From Octopus sinensis (taxonomy: Eukaryota), in assembly GCF_006345805.1 (NCBI RefSeq), contig NW_021833266.1:1-64000 (forward strand): a DNA stretch of 64,000 nucleotides, in the 5' to 3' direction. The notes below the pieces were generated by a model. That model searched no databases, had not been told where the DNA came from, and saw only the letters and a list, made by a program, of their open reading frames with translations. The translations under genes were made by a program, and so were the position numbers. How positions within the stretch are numbered: the stretch's first letter is position 1; the number at the start of each line of letters is the position of its first letter. This document shows positions 37,886-51,627 of this stretch, piece after piece.

Positions 37886-38588
37886 ATGGAAACAACTTAC
37901 ATTGAATCATTTAAAATTCCAAAATTGTCATTATTGAAAAAACCAAAAAATTTATCCAATTCGAATTCTGAAAATGTTTATTAATGTCAATTCTACCAAT
38001 TTTAGAAATACAAAAAAGAAATCAGTCGGCCCATGATTACAAATTATCAAAATAGTTTCTGTAATTATAAGAAGTTTTTTGTTAAAAAATCTAACAAATA
38101 TGACCACATCTTACCTAAAGTACCAATAAACGTCAAAGTGTATTTATAGGTTGAAAGTAACATGAACAGTATGGTCACTTTTATGACAAGCAGTAGGAGA
38201 ATTCAACGAAATGTATTAAAAAGACCTTGTTTGAATAATATCAACGATTGTCCTCCAAAAGCGTATTATCCAGAAGCAATTACAAACAAACTAAAAATGC
38301 GATCTGACCCTTCATTTAGAACTAATTATCTCGAATGTGAAACAAGTAACAAAGAGATGTTTAATCCGTGGGGTAAGATCATTTCAAGGAAACCGTCATT
38401 TGTTAAAATTAAAACCAAAAAAGGAGAAATTAATGAATTAGAAGTAAAACTGGAATTATCATAAAGTAGGTACCCCATTACCAAAAACCCGAAATAAAAA
38501 AACTACTGAGACAAGTGAAATCATAAGAAATTTGCAAATAACAACTCATATTAATTCTTTCTGGCAAATTCCAGATTTTACTAAATAA
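37886..38588 (+). CDS. Small multi-exon gene, possibly a SAXO/Mn-motif microtubule inner protein
   Basis: ATG 37886; three 26-30-nt GT-AG introns; spaced motifs TNYQNSF, TSNKEMF, TTHINSF; last exon probably carries an indel. Confidence 0.45.
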
Positions 38589-39119
38589 TATCTACTAATA
38601 AGAATAAATTTAAAATTTTTGGTCTGATTTCCGCTAGTGCTCTTTAAACCTTGAAACTGTTGAATTTGGCAAATTTAGATTAAATACAATTTATATAGAG
38701 TTAAAAGATTCTTAGATAATTTGAAGGTCAGAGATTTTTTAAATGTTTTTATACAAAACTAGGGGATCATTTGAACGGAACTTCCGTGTTCGGCCACTCA
38801 CTTCCAAAATATTAAAGGAATAATTTTGGGAAGACTCTTATCAGAGAATCTTACCAATCATGACAGTTTATTATTTTTTAATGGTTTTAAAATAAATCAA
38901 ACATTTTTTTCTGATTAAACAATTAATTGCTTACCTTTTTCAAATAAATTCCAATGCCTAGGGGCAATAAATCTGGTTTAATATATTACAAGTAAAATCA
39001 ATACTATGTCTCTAATAGACATTCGATTAGAAGAGAAGTTTGTGAACGGAAATAGTTTGGTTTGAAAATATTTTTAAATTGGCTCAGTTATCGACGATTG
39101 TGTTTGAATTTGGACCCAA

Positions 39120-39740
39120 TAGATATTTTACTGACAAAAAAATATTTATAGAATAAAAGAAAGACTTGGTAGAAATGAGCGAAGAGAAAATATCTGCCGA
39201 GAAAAAAACAGATTTGGTAGAAATGGAAGGAGAGAAAATATCTCCAAAGAAAAAGAAAGATTTGGTAGAAATGGGCGAAGAAAAAATATTTAATGAGCAG
39301 AAGAAAGATGTTGTAGGAATGGCCAAAATAAAAATATTTAATGATAAGAAAAAAAATGGGCAAAGAGAAAATATTGACTAAGACGAAGAAAGATTTTAAA
39401 CAAATGATGATCAAAGAGAAATTTTCTACAGACGAGATGGAAATTTTAGCACAAATGATTGTAGATACAATTTATACTGAAAGTAACACAGTTTTGTAGG
39501 AATGGTCCGAAAAAAATGTCTAATGAGAATTGAAAGTTTTAGTACAAATGATCAAATGAATATCTACAGAGATAAAGGAAGTTTTGGTACAAATGGCCAA
39601 AGAGTAAATATTTACTGAGAAGGAAGATTGAGTACAAATAGGACAAGAGAAATCATTTAGTCCGGAAAGTAAAGAATTCAAACAAAAACACTAATTGTAT
39701 CAAAGAGAAAATTTTTACTGAGATGAATGAAGTTTTAATA
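39120..39740. repeat. Degenerate purine-rich minisatellite, ~42-bp period
   Basis: Recurrent agatttggtagaaatgg.c.aagagaaaatat.t. Confidence 0.8.
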
Positions 39741-39809
39741 TCAATAGATAGGCTTTCCAAATTATATAACAATCTCAAATTGATTCATAATGATTTATTA
39801 AAAATAAAA

Positions 39810-40075
39810 GTAATTAACTAATTAATTAGCTGGCTAAGTCCTAAATCTCCGAAGTAAGCAGATGGTAGGTTTCTATGCACCTACTTCGCTTCTTCCGCCT
39901 CTCGTTGACTAAATGCCAGGAAAGGACTGGATCAAACGAGATACTCTCCAGAGTTCTCTTAAGAACAGTTGACTTCATATAAGCCTGTAGAGACTCATCT
40001 ACATCCAATTGTTTTAAGTACATCTTGTGATATTTAGTGACCAGTATCCCATGTCATCACAGACGGGATGAATAT
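39810..40075 (-). mobile_element. Short 3' copy of the 35110 element
   Basis: YLKQLDVDESLQAYMKSTVLKRTLESISFD and a matching 3' UTR (ggacttag..ttagttaa). Confidence 0.9.
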
Positions 40076-40370
40076 ACTTTAAATTCAAAAATTACATAAA
40101 ATTTATTTTTAGCTTGTACTACATAACACTGTCGATATTTCAAAATATATCCTATGCAATCTGAAATAAATTATTAAAAAGTAAGATAAAATGACGGTTG
40201 GAGTTATGTAAATTTCGATTTTCAACGATTAGCTTTACAAGAATTTTAATTATTGACCCAAGTTTTATTATGATGTCAAAGCTTCAATCAAATCTGTCAT
40301 TATTAATTTATCTCTCTCGAAATAGCTTTTACTGTCGACGTTCGTACATAATATAGTTTCGAGTAATTGA

Positions 40371-41762
<1,392 letters not shown>

Positions 41763-42115
41763 TGATACAATTTTGGGACCGACGAAAAAATGGCGAGCAA
41801 TAGAATTTTTAAAATAATCTATAAACTTTTCAGAAAAAAGTGACTAAAAAATCAATTTTTTTCTTAAAATAAAAGAAAAAATAGTGACTATGTTCACCAT
41901 TAATAGACTTTTATTTTCTTTCATGTAAGCAATAATACGACGTTTTTCATTAATAGAAAAGTAGTGCGCTTTCACATGTTTATTCAAATTTTATTTAAAA
42001 ATAGTAAATAGTTTACCCAAACAATATTTTCTTAGAGAATATTTTGATTAAACTTAAATATAATAAAATATGATTTTTACTTTTAAAATAAGTTAAAACA
42101 AAATTGTTGCTTAGT

Positions 42116-43321
42116 ATGAGCTTTGCCCGAACATATTCGGCTTATTATGAAGGAAAACGTCAAGAAAAAGAAATATTGTTAATATTATGTTAAATATAAA
42201 ACTATCATAAAAATATTCATTTCAAAAAATCGTAGAAACCTTCCCCAATTCGATCGAAGGAAGCACGACACGACAGAAAAATTAATAAATGAAACTTTAA
42301 ACACATTTCAAATCGAACAGGAAATGAAATCGCTAAAAGAAGTTTTTTAAATCATAATATTTGTAGGAAAATATTTCAAAACGAAAAATTATCGATAAAA
42401 GACGTGAAAGATTATTAGAAAAAGAATGTAAATTAAAAGAATCGTTTATCAAATTTGAAAGATATCTTTCAGTATATATTTCCTAAAATAAATACATCAG
42501 GAAAATTTCAATAAACAAGAACGAGCTAATAAAAAAATTTCCGAAGAAAAATCATGTTCTAGACAAAAAAACAGCGAATATTTACTGTAAATCAACTTTC
42601 CAATTACACCAGATTGCTATACGAACTCCAAAAAATCCAAGATTATAAGAATTACGTCATTGAGTTAATAAATGATAGAATAAAATTTAAAAACTTTATG
42701 GAAAAATTTAAAGAAGCTCACAACAACATGTTTTCTAGTTACGACGCGGCCATTGCACATCACAAAGTACTGACAAGTGAACATAAAGTTAGTTTTGATG
42801 ACTAAAGTAGGATTTACTTTCAATAAATCAAGAAAATCAAAAAAAATTAGAAAAATTAAAAAATGATTTAAATTATGTTTTAGAAGTAATTTTAACAAAA
42901 ATATGTTCAAGGACCACAAAGAGAAGATGTTAGTCTCAAACAACCAAATATCAAAACTTTCCAGAGCTTTAGAAATTGAACAATCAAGAAGATTGGAGTC
43001 CGAGACTGCCTGGAATCATATATGTGACACTTCGTCAACAAAGACATTGGAAATTGGAAAAATAAAAATGTTTTAGAAAATGGTTATTTTAGGGTGGTTC
43101 ACAATATTTATACTTTGCTGAAAACTAAAAGAGGAATGATCTCCACTGAAAATCAAGATTACAATAATCAGTTGAAAAAAGTTTTATTTTAGAAATTTAT
43201 TTTATAAATAAACTAGATTGGTGAATATTCAGTGCATATGACTGGTTTTTTGGAAGAACATTTTCGTGAAAAACTTGCGTCTACATTCATTAAAAAATTA
43301 AATAAGGATATTTCAATGTGA
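42116..43321 (+). CDS. CCDC42/CFAP73-family (DUF4200) ciliary coiled-coil protein
   Basis: EKECKLKESFIKFERYLSEN..KQERANKK; NNQISKL; AWNHICDTSSTKTLEIGKIKMVVHNIY; multiple micro-introns. Confidence 0.8.
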
Positions 43322-43450
43322 TGATAACACATTTAATTCATTTACTAAAATATTTCAATTAATAACTCTTATTATTGATATTTTATTAAATAAAAAAGAT
43401 TAAAAAAATTATTTTTAAAAATTTAAAATAAAATATAGACAATTTTATTC

Positions 43451-44096
43451 ATGTCGTCGTTGTTATCACGTTTTAGACCAAAAATCACAATCTTGAGGCA
43501 ATAATATCTTAATTACTAAAAAGTCTATTTAGAACAAGTGCTAATATCAACTCATTAAACACACCAAATTCGGACAATGAGCCGAAAGCATATGCCCCGA
43601 CAATAATCAAAATTGCCGATCAGATCTCTGCACTGACATTGCTAGAAGTCTCGGATTTAAATTCTTTATTAAAGGGACATTATTCGAATTTTATTTTATT
43701 AGGAACGTTTTAATATTGATGACACTCCACTTCATTTTGCACAGCCCAAAAGTGCCCCACAACAACCGAGGTACAAAAAATTTATTAAATAAAAATAATT
43801 TAATTAAATCTTTATAATTATTATAAATAATAGGAACAATCTATTGTTGCCGAAAAATCATCATATTCAGTAAAATTGATAGGATTTGATCCAGCCAAGA
43901 AAATAAATGTCATCAAAGAAATAAAAAATCGAATTTCCGACATGAATTTGGTTCAGGTTGAGGTCCAGTCTAAATTTAGGCCAAAAAATTTGTTGAGTCA
44001 CTCCCTCAAATTGTGAAAGGAGATGTCCCTAAGACAGAGGCCGAGGAACTAAAATCAGTATTGGAAACCGTAGGAGGGATTATAGAGATTAATTAA
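43451..44096 (+). CDS. MRPL12: Mitochondrial ribosomal protein bL12m
   Basis: IADQISALTLLEVSDLNSLLK, KINVIKEIK, MNLVQAKKFVESLPQIVK, AEELKSVLETVGG; GC-AG intron 43498-43523 and GG-AG intron 43675-43702. Confidence 0.92.
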
Positions 44097-44201
44097 TTTT
44101 TTGATTCTCATAACTTATTTTGTTTTTATATGTTTTTTATTATTTATAATGTTATTTTTTAAGTTGAATAAAGTTATTTGTAATAAATATTTAACACCGA
44201 C

Positions 44202-45867
44202 ATGTTAATTGTTGTTGATACAATTATTGTTTTTACTACTCAAGTATACTTTATTATCCTTAAAATAGATAATATTCTTTTTATGCTCCTGGGTGTTTTT
44301 CCTTCAAAAACTATTTAAAGATTATGAGGTAATCAAATTGTTTTAAAACTAATAGATTAGAAATTTTAGTGTAATTCTCATCTTTTCACTGACATTTGCA
44401 TTTTCCTGTACACTTTTTGAACTTATAATATTCGAAATTCTAAACATTCTTTCGCAAGAGTTATACCTTATACCAACAACTAATAGTTCTCGATACTTTC
44501 ACTGGAAGTTCAGTCTAATTATAATGATTCTTCTACTAATATTCATCATTCCTCTACACATGGCCCACACTTTGGTCAACTCTTTGAACTTTGGTGATTT
44601 TATTTGTATATTAAACATCAAAGGGAGCCGCAATTTTCGGCATTTGATGATTACTTTGATGTGGTCGGTTATGTTTTGTGTTTTCTGGAAGGTCGGAAAT
44701 CCGTTTCCTTTCATCTCCCAAAGATCGGGTTGGCTGTTTGGAAATAAATTTAAGGGATTTTATTCTTAGAACAGACTGTGGGGAGAGTGGGAATCATAGG
44801 GGTGGCTGTGATTGCTCTCCTCTCCGGAATTGGGGTCATTACGTACCCCTACAATACAATGTTCTATTTTTTGAGGTCCCTTCCATTTTTTATTTCAGTC
44901 GAGTGGAGGAACAGGATGTGGAATTGGCGCGAAATCAGGTCATTGACAGTCTTCAGTTTCTTGTAAATAAAAAACGAAGGTTTTTGAATATTTTCATGTT
45001 TTTTTAGATTTTTATTAAAGTTTTCAAAAAGTGGAGTAAATAAAAAAAATTCAGTTTTTTCTTCATTTTTTGGAGCAGTCGACAATGAAAAAAGTTGTCA
45101 GAAAAATACTTAAAATTAGGAGAAAGTGAACTGGAAATTGAAATGCTGGAAGATTGCTATCAACGGCATTATTTGGAGTACCGAGATTTATCCAATCGGA
45201 GAGTCGAGCTTATTTTTAAACGATAGTCACGTTTTTTACGTTCGAGGACATTGAAAGGAATATATTTTAATGTGGTGGGTTGGTTGTTCTTCATTTACTG
45301 TTGTTGGAAGATATTTATTGTTGGTAAATAATTATTATTTTTGCAGACTATTGCAAATATACTGACAAATCGAGTCGGGAAGGTCGATCCTGTGACAAAC
45401 GGAATTGGATTTTTTGTGAATTATTTTTCGATTGATTTGGATGTCCGTGATTTGATTTTTCAGTTTTTTAGATCAAATTTTGGTCCCAGCAAGTTTCATT
45501 TATGGCGGTTGGAATTTTGACGGTCACTTCGGTTCGAGGACTTTTGTTAAATCTTGGAAAATTTTTGGCGGGAACGTCAAAATTGGCTCCATGTTCTGAC
45601 GCCGTTGTGTTGGTGGTGGCAGAAATAACGGTTTGCGGTGACAAGAGTGATTGGCAGGGAATGTATTTTGTCTCATCTGTCCTTTTGATGAGGTCAACCG
45701 TCCCTCCCCAGTACAGGACTATTATTACGTCTATTCTGGATGGACTGAGGTTTGATTTTTATCAGCGATGGTTTAATATTATATTCCTTTTTTCCGCAAT
45801 TTCGACGTTTCTTTTTCTTCTGAACAGACATGATGTGTTGCGTTACATTAATTACGATTCCCGCTAA
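44202..45867 (+). CDS. GPR89: Golgi pH regulator, ~13 exons
   Basis: QKLFKDYE, SCTLFELIIFEI, FWKVGNPFP, RVGIIGVAVIALLSG, RVGKVDPVT, GMYFVSSVLLMR, FYQRWF. Confidence 0.93.
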
Positions 45868-46020
45868 TTTTTTTTATTATAAACCAAAGTTGATTTTTCC
45901 CCAAAAAAAGATTTTTTGGATCAGGCTTCAATGATACAGTCTCTTCTAACAGAATTGAATGCATAGCCTTCATGAATTTTAAAATTATTGATTACAAATT
46001 TAGAAAAACAGGTTACAATA

Positions 46021-46585
46021 CAGTGAACAAAAATAAAAACTGAACACGCTTTTTCTCATATATTTACAATGGGACAATATTACAAATATGTCTCAAATTA
46101 ATTATTTACATGAAATAAAGTATTTTACGTTTTTTAGTTTTTTTGAGAAATATATATTTATGCGCTTTTTAAGAAATCAAAAATTCAAAACCCAAAAAAA
46201 ACTGAACAAATTTAATTACTTAAATATATCAAAAAAAGGTTTTATTTTAAAATAGTTCAAATTCAATCATTTCTAATCTCTCTACATGGCTATCATTGAA
46301 CATCTAAAGAAAAAGGCAGATAATTGCATATATAAATCTGAAAAATACAGAGAAATACAAGATATCACCAAAATATTGCTCGGCATGATATCGAAAATTA
46401 TCAGAAGCTATTCAAATAAGTGCCATGGTAGCAATTCGATATTATTTACTTGAAAAAAGCGCTTTGTTATTGCTGAAGTGTGTTTCTTTATTTCAAGGAA
46501 ATAATTAATTTGAGACATATTTGTAATATTGTCCCATTGTAAATATATGAGAAAAAGCGTGTTCAGTTTTTACTTTTGTTCACTG
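46021..46585. mobile_element. Tc1-type MITE with ~85-bp near-perfect TIRs
   Basis: TA|CAGTGAACAAAA...TCTCAAATTAATT and its reverse complement ending TTCACTG|TA. Confidence 0.93.
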
Positions 46586-46896
46586 TAAATAATAATATAT
46601 TAATGAATCGTTTATAGTAAAATAAATTTTTTCCCAGTAGGGGGTTTATTTCATTAAAAATTATCGTATTTTATAGGGATGGAGAAAATATTTCCCCAGA
46701 AGCAAGGTTTTCCCCATTCGAGGTCGCACTGTAAAGTCATTTTGAAAACACCAAGGGATATTCTGCCACCAGGAAATCGACTTGTTTATGAGCAGGTTGT
46801 GATTGATTAGCAATTGAAGCAACACTCACATCCATCTCAAGTACACAACGTACATTGAGTATCTATATCAAAGCTGACTTATAAATTATTATAAAC

Positions 46897-48469
46897 ATGG
46901 AAATTGTCCTCAGAGACGTAAAACCAAAGGAAAAAAACACAATTCAAAAAATCCTTGATCAAAGCAAATTCGTAGTGTTCCGAGAACAGCAACAAATAAA
47001 GTAAATTCCAAAATAATTTCAGAAAACTGAAAGACGGATTTGAAATTGTCAAAAAAATGAGAATTAATTCCACAAAAAACGGCAAAGAATGTGATATTTG
47101 TGGACTAACGACTGACCCCCGAGCAATGATGTACTGCCAAAACTGCGATATAATTCTATGTATAAAATGTTACCACAATATATTTTCTGCACGTGGGACA
47201 GGAATGTGTGACTGGTGTGTCAAATCCTTGTATTAATATTGGCAATATAATTAGTGATATTCATAATAAATCTCAGTGGCAACATTATTTTAAAAACGTG
47301 TCTTTACGGTGTCTTTATTTTGGTTTGTTTTATTGACTTTAATTTCATTAGCTGACAATAATCTCATCAGTTTTAAAAATGACCACGTCGACCAGAATTC
47401 AAAAAAGTTTTATTTAAAAATTGCATTAATTTTTAGTAATAATATATTTAATTCATTTTTAAATGAAATGACCAAAAAAGTACAAAATAAGAAAAAAATC
47501 GAAAAACCAAAAATTAACGCACAACTAACCCTCGACGATCAAACCGACAATTTTTGCGGAAAAATCCTCGTTCGGGTGACTTACGACGAAAACACGGAAA
47601 AACTGCGGATTTACATAAACAACATCGAACATCCAAATGATTTAAATTTCAAAAAAATGTATTTATTGAGTTAAATGGAGTAAAGAACAGTCATAATGTA
47701 TCTTATGCCGGATGTTGATTATTCCACAAAGATTGAATATAAATTGAACAAAAATAATCAAAATGTGTTATTTAGTAAATTTTTTGAGGTTTGAATATTT
47801 TTTAATGCAAAGTATTACGTGGCATATGATAAAATAAATTCGATCAGTGTCTTTATTCAGTTTGTTCAAAAACGACGCTGGAAAAGCGAATTTATACGAT
47901 TTGCAGAAATACATTTTCCAATGATAACTCAAAACAGACAAAACTGGTATTATCTGGAGAAAACAGTGACTTTAAACATAAATTGTAGTCGCGAATAAAA
48001 CCAAAGTCACGATTTTCTCTAAGACTGAGGTTGGTGATTTCCGTGGAGGAAACTAAACTTTCCGTCACCGTAAAATCACTTTTAGGAGTGAAGGAATCCA
48101 AATCAGTCCGTTATAAATTATCAATGTGATTATTACCTGCATATTTAGAGTTGTAAACGAGACTATTATGGAGTCGGAAAAAGAGTTATTTGGTCAAAAA
48201 TTGATTGTGTTTTCTCAAAAGTTTAAATGTGGCCATTTTGACCAATATGACAACTTTTCTGTCATTATTTATAAAATTAATGGACCAAAGACTTTGTTTG
48301 TCCGGGAAGTCATTTCTTTAAATGAAAGTATTTTTTATTTGTTTATTTTATAGCTTTGTTGCCTCATCAGATTATTATTAACTCAGATTGTACAAATTCG
48401 TTGACAAATATTTTATCAATGCAGTCTTCAGCTGAGCTTATTCTATTTTTAAATTCAATTAATCATTAA
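46897..48469 (+). CDS. Synaptotagmin-like (Slp/rabphilin-type) protein: Rab-binding Zn-finger domain plus two divergent C2 domains
   Basis: EKNTIQKIL..EQQQIKKL, CDIC/CQNC/CIKC/CDWC, KSQW; spliceable in frame to CGKILVRVTYDENTEKLRIYI (C2) exons. Confidence 0.65.
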
Positions 48470-48504
48470 AACTAATTCGAAATCCTTTTTAAAACAAACA
48501 TTTA

Positions 48505-49128
48505 TTATAACTCATTATTCCTGGCCTGCCTTTCCTTCCATGCCTGGGGAGCATATTTTGGCATCTGCCTTTCCACTGCCCTCACAAAATCGCTCTTCTC
48601 TGGACATTGTAGACACGTGTCTTCTGCATTCCAATCATTCAATATTTTCTTGAGTTGTTTAATCGGCATTTTGTTAAAATTAGCAGCAACCAAATCAATT
48701 GGCTTGTCTATAAATTTATAAAATGGTAGAAAACCGTATTTTAGTGAGCAAATAATATCATTTTGGTTGTTCAGTGATTGACATATTTTTTCTGTGGGGA
48801 GGTATGAGAGAGGACGAGTTATTTCGTTCAACATGGAGGTTGCTGATGTCTCACTTCCCCCCACTGCGTAACACTTGAAATTAGATTTTTTATTTTTTAC
48901 AAATCGGGATTCTTTTCCTGTGGCTTGCTTACAAAGGCTGATTATTTTGTTTTTTATCAAGTCAGGGTCACTTTTTTCAGACTTATTGAGAGATGAAGTT
49001 ACTTTTTGGAGAAACGTTTGGCACACTTTTATATATTTTTTATTATTTTTACCTTCACAAGTTTGTTTTGCCTCAAAAACTGTAGACAGACACGACAATA
49101 TAGTCAGACACAACAAAACAGTATACAT
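48505..49128 (-). CDS. MANF: MANF/ARMET (saposin + SAP domains), 4 exons
   Basis: Signal peptide, CEVC after splicing, KESRFCY, EKIC, ICSLKYDKPIDL, CLQCPEKSDFV, C-terminal NNEL; introns 49026-49052, 48874-48900, 48708-48734. Confidence 0.93.
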   Translation of the reverse strand: MYTVLLCLTILSCLSTVFEAKQTCEGKNNKKYIKVCQTFLQKVTSSLNKSEKSDPDLIKNKIISLCKQATGKESRFVKNKKSNFKCYAVGGSETSATSMLNEITRPLSYLPTEKICQSLNNQNDIICSLKYGFLPFYKFIDKPIDLVAANFNKMPIKQLKKILNDWNAEDTCLQCPEKSDFVRAVERQMPKYAPQAWKERQARNNEL

Positions 49129-49221
49129 GTAAGTCACTAATTGGTCAATTCAAACATAATAATTTATTATATTCAAAAATAAAAAACAAATTTTATTTTA
49201 TAACCAATTAAACAAAAACAC

Positions 49222-50752
49222 CTATTCTTCCTCATTAAGCACATTTTTAGTCCTCTCACTAACAAACTTAACAACTCCCGGCCGACTATGAGCTCTCCGA
49301 TTAGACTCCCTGAATACCTAAAAACAGAACAAATACTTTCTTTTATTAGCCGCCTTACTAATCCTGTGTTCCTCCGCCGTTCGGTATATAAACCGGGGAA
49401 TGTGGCGATGTCGAGCAATCCTTCTCACCTGAGGGAAATCCGCGAACTTGTCCTTCAACGACTTGTTATATTTAAACGCTATTTTCTCCCGTGGTTTCAA
49501 CTATTTATAACTTTAACCACCCAAAAATACAATTCCAAGTTTTTCCGAAGCCACAGCCTTCCAAACCCGCACATTCATATCGTCGGAGGCAGAAAAAATG
49601 TATTTGGAATCCAAAGACCAGCGGACTCTGCGGATGTTCTGCATTCTCTTGGTGTGGTATATTTCCCGCGACCCCCCCGAATTGACGTCGAATATTCGAA
49701 TGCTCTTGTCATACCCCGCAGAGACCAGTTCTCTACCAGTCGGACTGTAGTCCACGTCCAGTACTGCAGATACGTGTCCCATATGTACATTATATGGCAC
49801 TTTTAAATTCCGGACATCAAATGAATATATACTTTATTAATTAATATTATTTTACTTATAATCTTCGTTGGCTAAACATAGAATAAAAGGTTCCATTGGG
49901 TTCCAACATATTCTATTTGATCTCATTCTTGTGGTGATCTTTCGTAGTGGACTAGCAGCTCTAATATCATACAGAGTTAAGGTCCTATCAGAAGCCAATG
50001 CAGCCACATAATTAGTCTAATTAATTAATATATAATTAATTACTTCTGTATGATTAAATCTAATATCATCTATACAATCTGCCCCCCAGGAATACTCCCT
50101 CAGAGGCTCGTCTCTACAGGCATCCCACACAGAGACAGTCTCCCCACAACACACAAATATATCATCCTTATAGTGATGATCCATTCCTAATAGTATATCC
50201 TTATATATAACATTCAGAAATATACTTTATGTAATATTCGATGACTTATTCCCTCTGAATCACACTTGTACCGATTTATAGCATTGTCTCCTCCACACTG
50301 AAATAACCCAATGAGAAAGAACTGATAAAAAGTCCCCGTGGAGACCATAGCAGACTGAATAGACACATCCTTCGTGGGCATTCTTTATATTCCTCACACA
50401 ACATTTCCTTGGGATGTTCCATAGGCGGATCTGTGCTGTGAAATATTAGTTGGGGACCTCTCCGTCGTAGGATCCGGTGAGGAGGGAGGACAGTGAGGAG
50501 TAGGAACAGCACATTGTACTGATTGAGTCACTGTGGCCTGATAAATCGCAGAGAAATGGTTTGGCGAATACTCGTTCGAGTTTTACGGCGTTGAGAGCTC
50601 GGGTGTATTCTCGTGCCATTTCAAATGGGTGTTGTTTGGAGTCGTAGTTACGGTGGACTGGTGGGGGTGAGATGGGGGATACTTTTTTGGATATCTTTCT
50701 TGGTTTCACGTGTGTATTCCTCGGAGTTTCGGTTTAAAACGTGAATTCTCAT
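49222..50752 (-). CDS. DCAF13: DDB1- and CUL4-associated factor 13 (SOF1), ~9 exons
   Basis: HPFEMAREYTRALNAVKLERVFAKPF, GHVSAVLDVDYSPTGRE, YHTKRMQ, VRRIARHRHIP, ESNRRAHS. Confidence 0.95.
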
Positions 50753-50879
50753 TTGTATCACAAGACAAGAAGAATTTAAACGTGTTTATTTTTTTATTAT
50801 TTTAATAATGTTTCAAAAAAATATAAAATACATTTTTGTATTAATAAAAGTTAACGTTGAGTTAGCCCACTAAGAGAGA

Positions 50880-51125
50880 ATATATTAGAGAATATATGAT
50901 CCGGAGATCAAAGTATCCAGGAACCCTTTGAAAAAAATAAACACGTTTACATCAACTCTTTGTTTCCTCACAGAGAGAGCCTGCTATTTCGGAGGAATTA
51001 GAAACGACCCCTGTGAGCTCAATCAGTTCTTTGAACGTGTCTCAACAGCTGTTTTTAAACGAATAACCAAAAAGTCCGCCCTCTCCTTTATATCAATCAA
51101 TAATGATACATTAGGGTGCATTTAA
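50880..51125 (+). mobile_element. Decayed CRE-like 3' remnant
   Basis: NDPCELNQFFERVSTAVFKR. Confidence 0.45.
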
Positions 51126-51627
51126 CTTTGTTTGACTGTTTGCTTAAAAATATAAACTGTTCATTGGTCAGGTCGGTCATGAACAGTGGAACTGAATGAT
51201 CGACTCAGTCCTTACATTTATCTTGATCAGTTAGAAAAGATAATTTTTACGTATCTCTTGAATCGCTAAATAAATTTTATTTAATTTTCGACTTAATTTT
51301 ATGAAAAATGTAAGAAGTGAAAGGAAAACCGGCGAGAAAATATCCAATTATTGTTTTTAATTAAAGTCTGGTGTTTAAAAATGATACTGAAATCATAATC
51401 ACTAAAATCGTGAAATATGTGTCAGCAACATATATTTCAAAAAAACAAACTATTGATCCACTACGCTTTGAAAAAAAAGATAAATAAAATTAAAAATGCC
51501 AAAAAATAAATGTTAAACTAATTTTAAAGAGTCCCGGATAGTGAACGTTTACTTCCGTGTGGTGTTGTATTCCGGGAATCATTAAGACGGTTTTTGTACG
51601 GATAGCTTTTATGTCCATCATCTATAA

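Noticed and set aside
39084-39414. Repeat-rich ORFs on both strands
   Set aside because: Translations of a decaying 42-bp minisatellite; frames are not maintained along the array.
46620-46870. Possible U1/U4 snRNA or SL RNA in a GC-richer island
   Set aside because: Only short chance resemblances; no ATACTTACCTG 5' end, Sm-site context or consistent fold.
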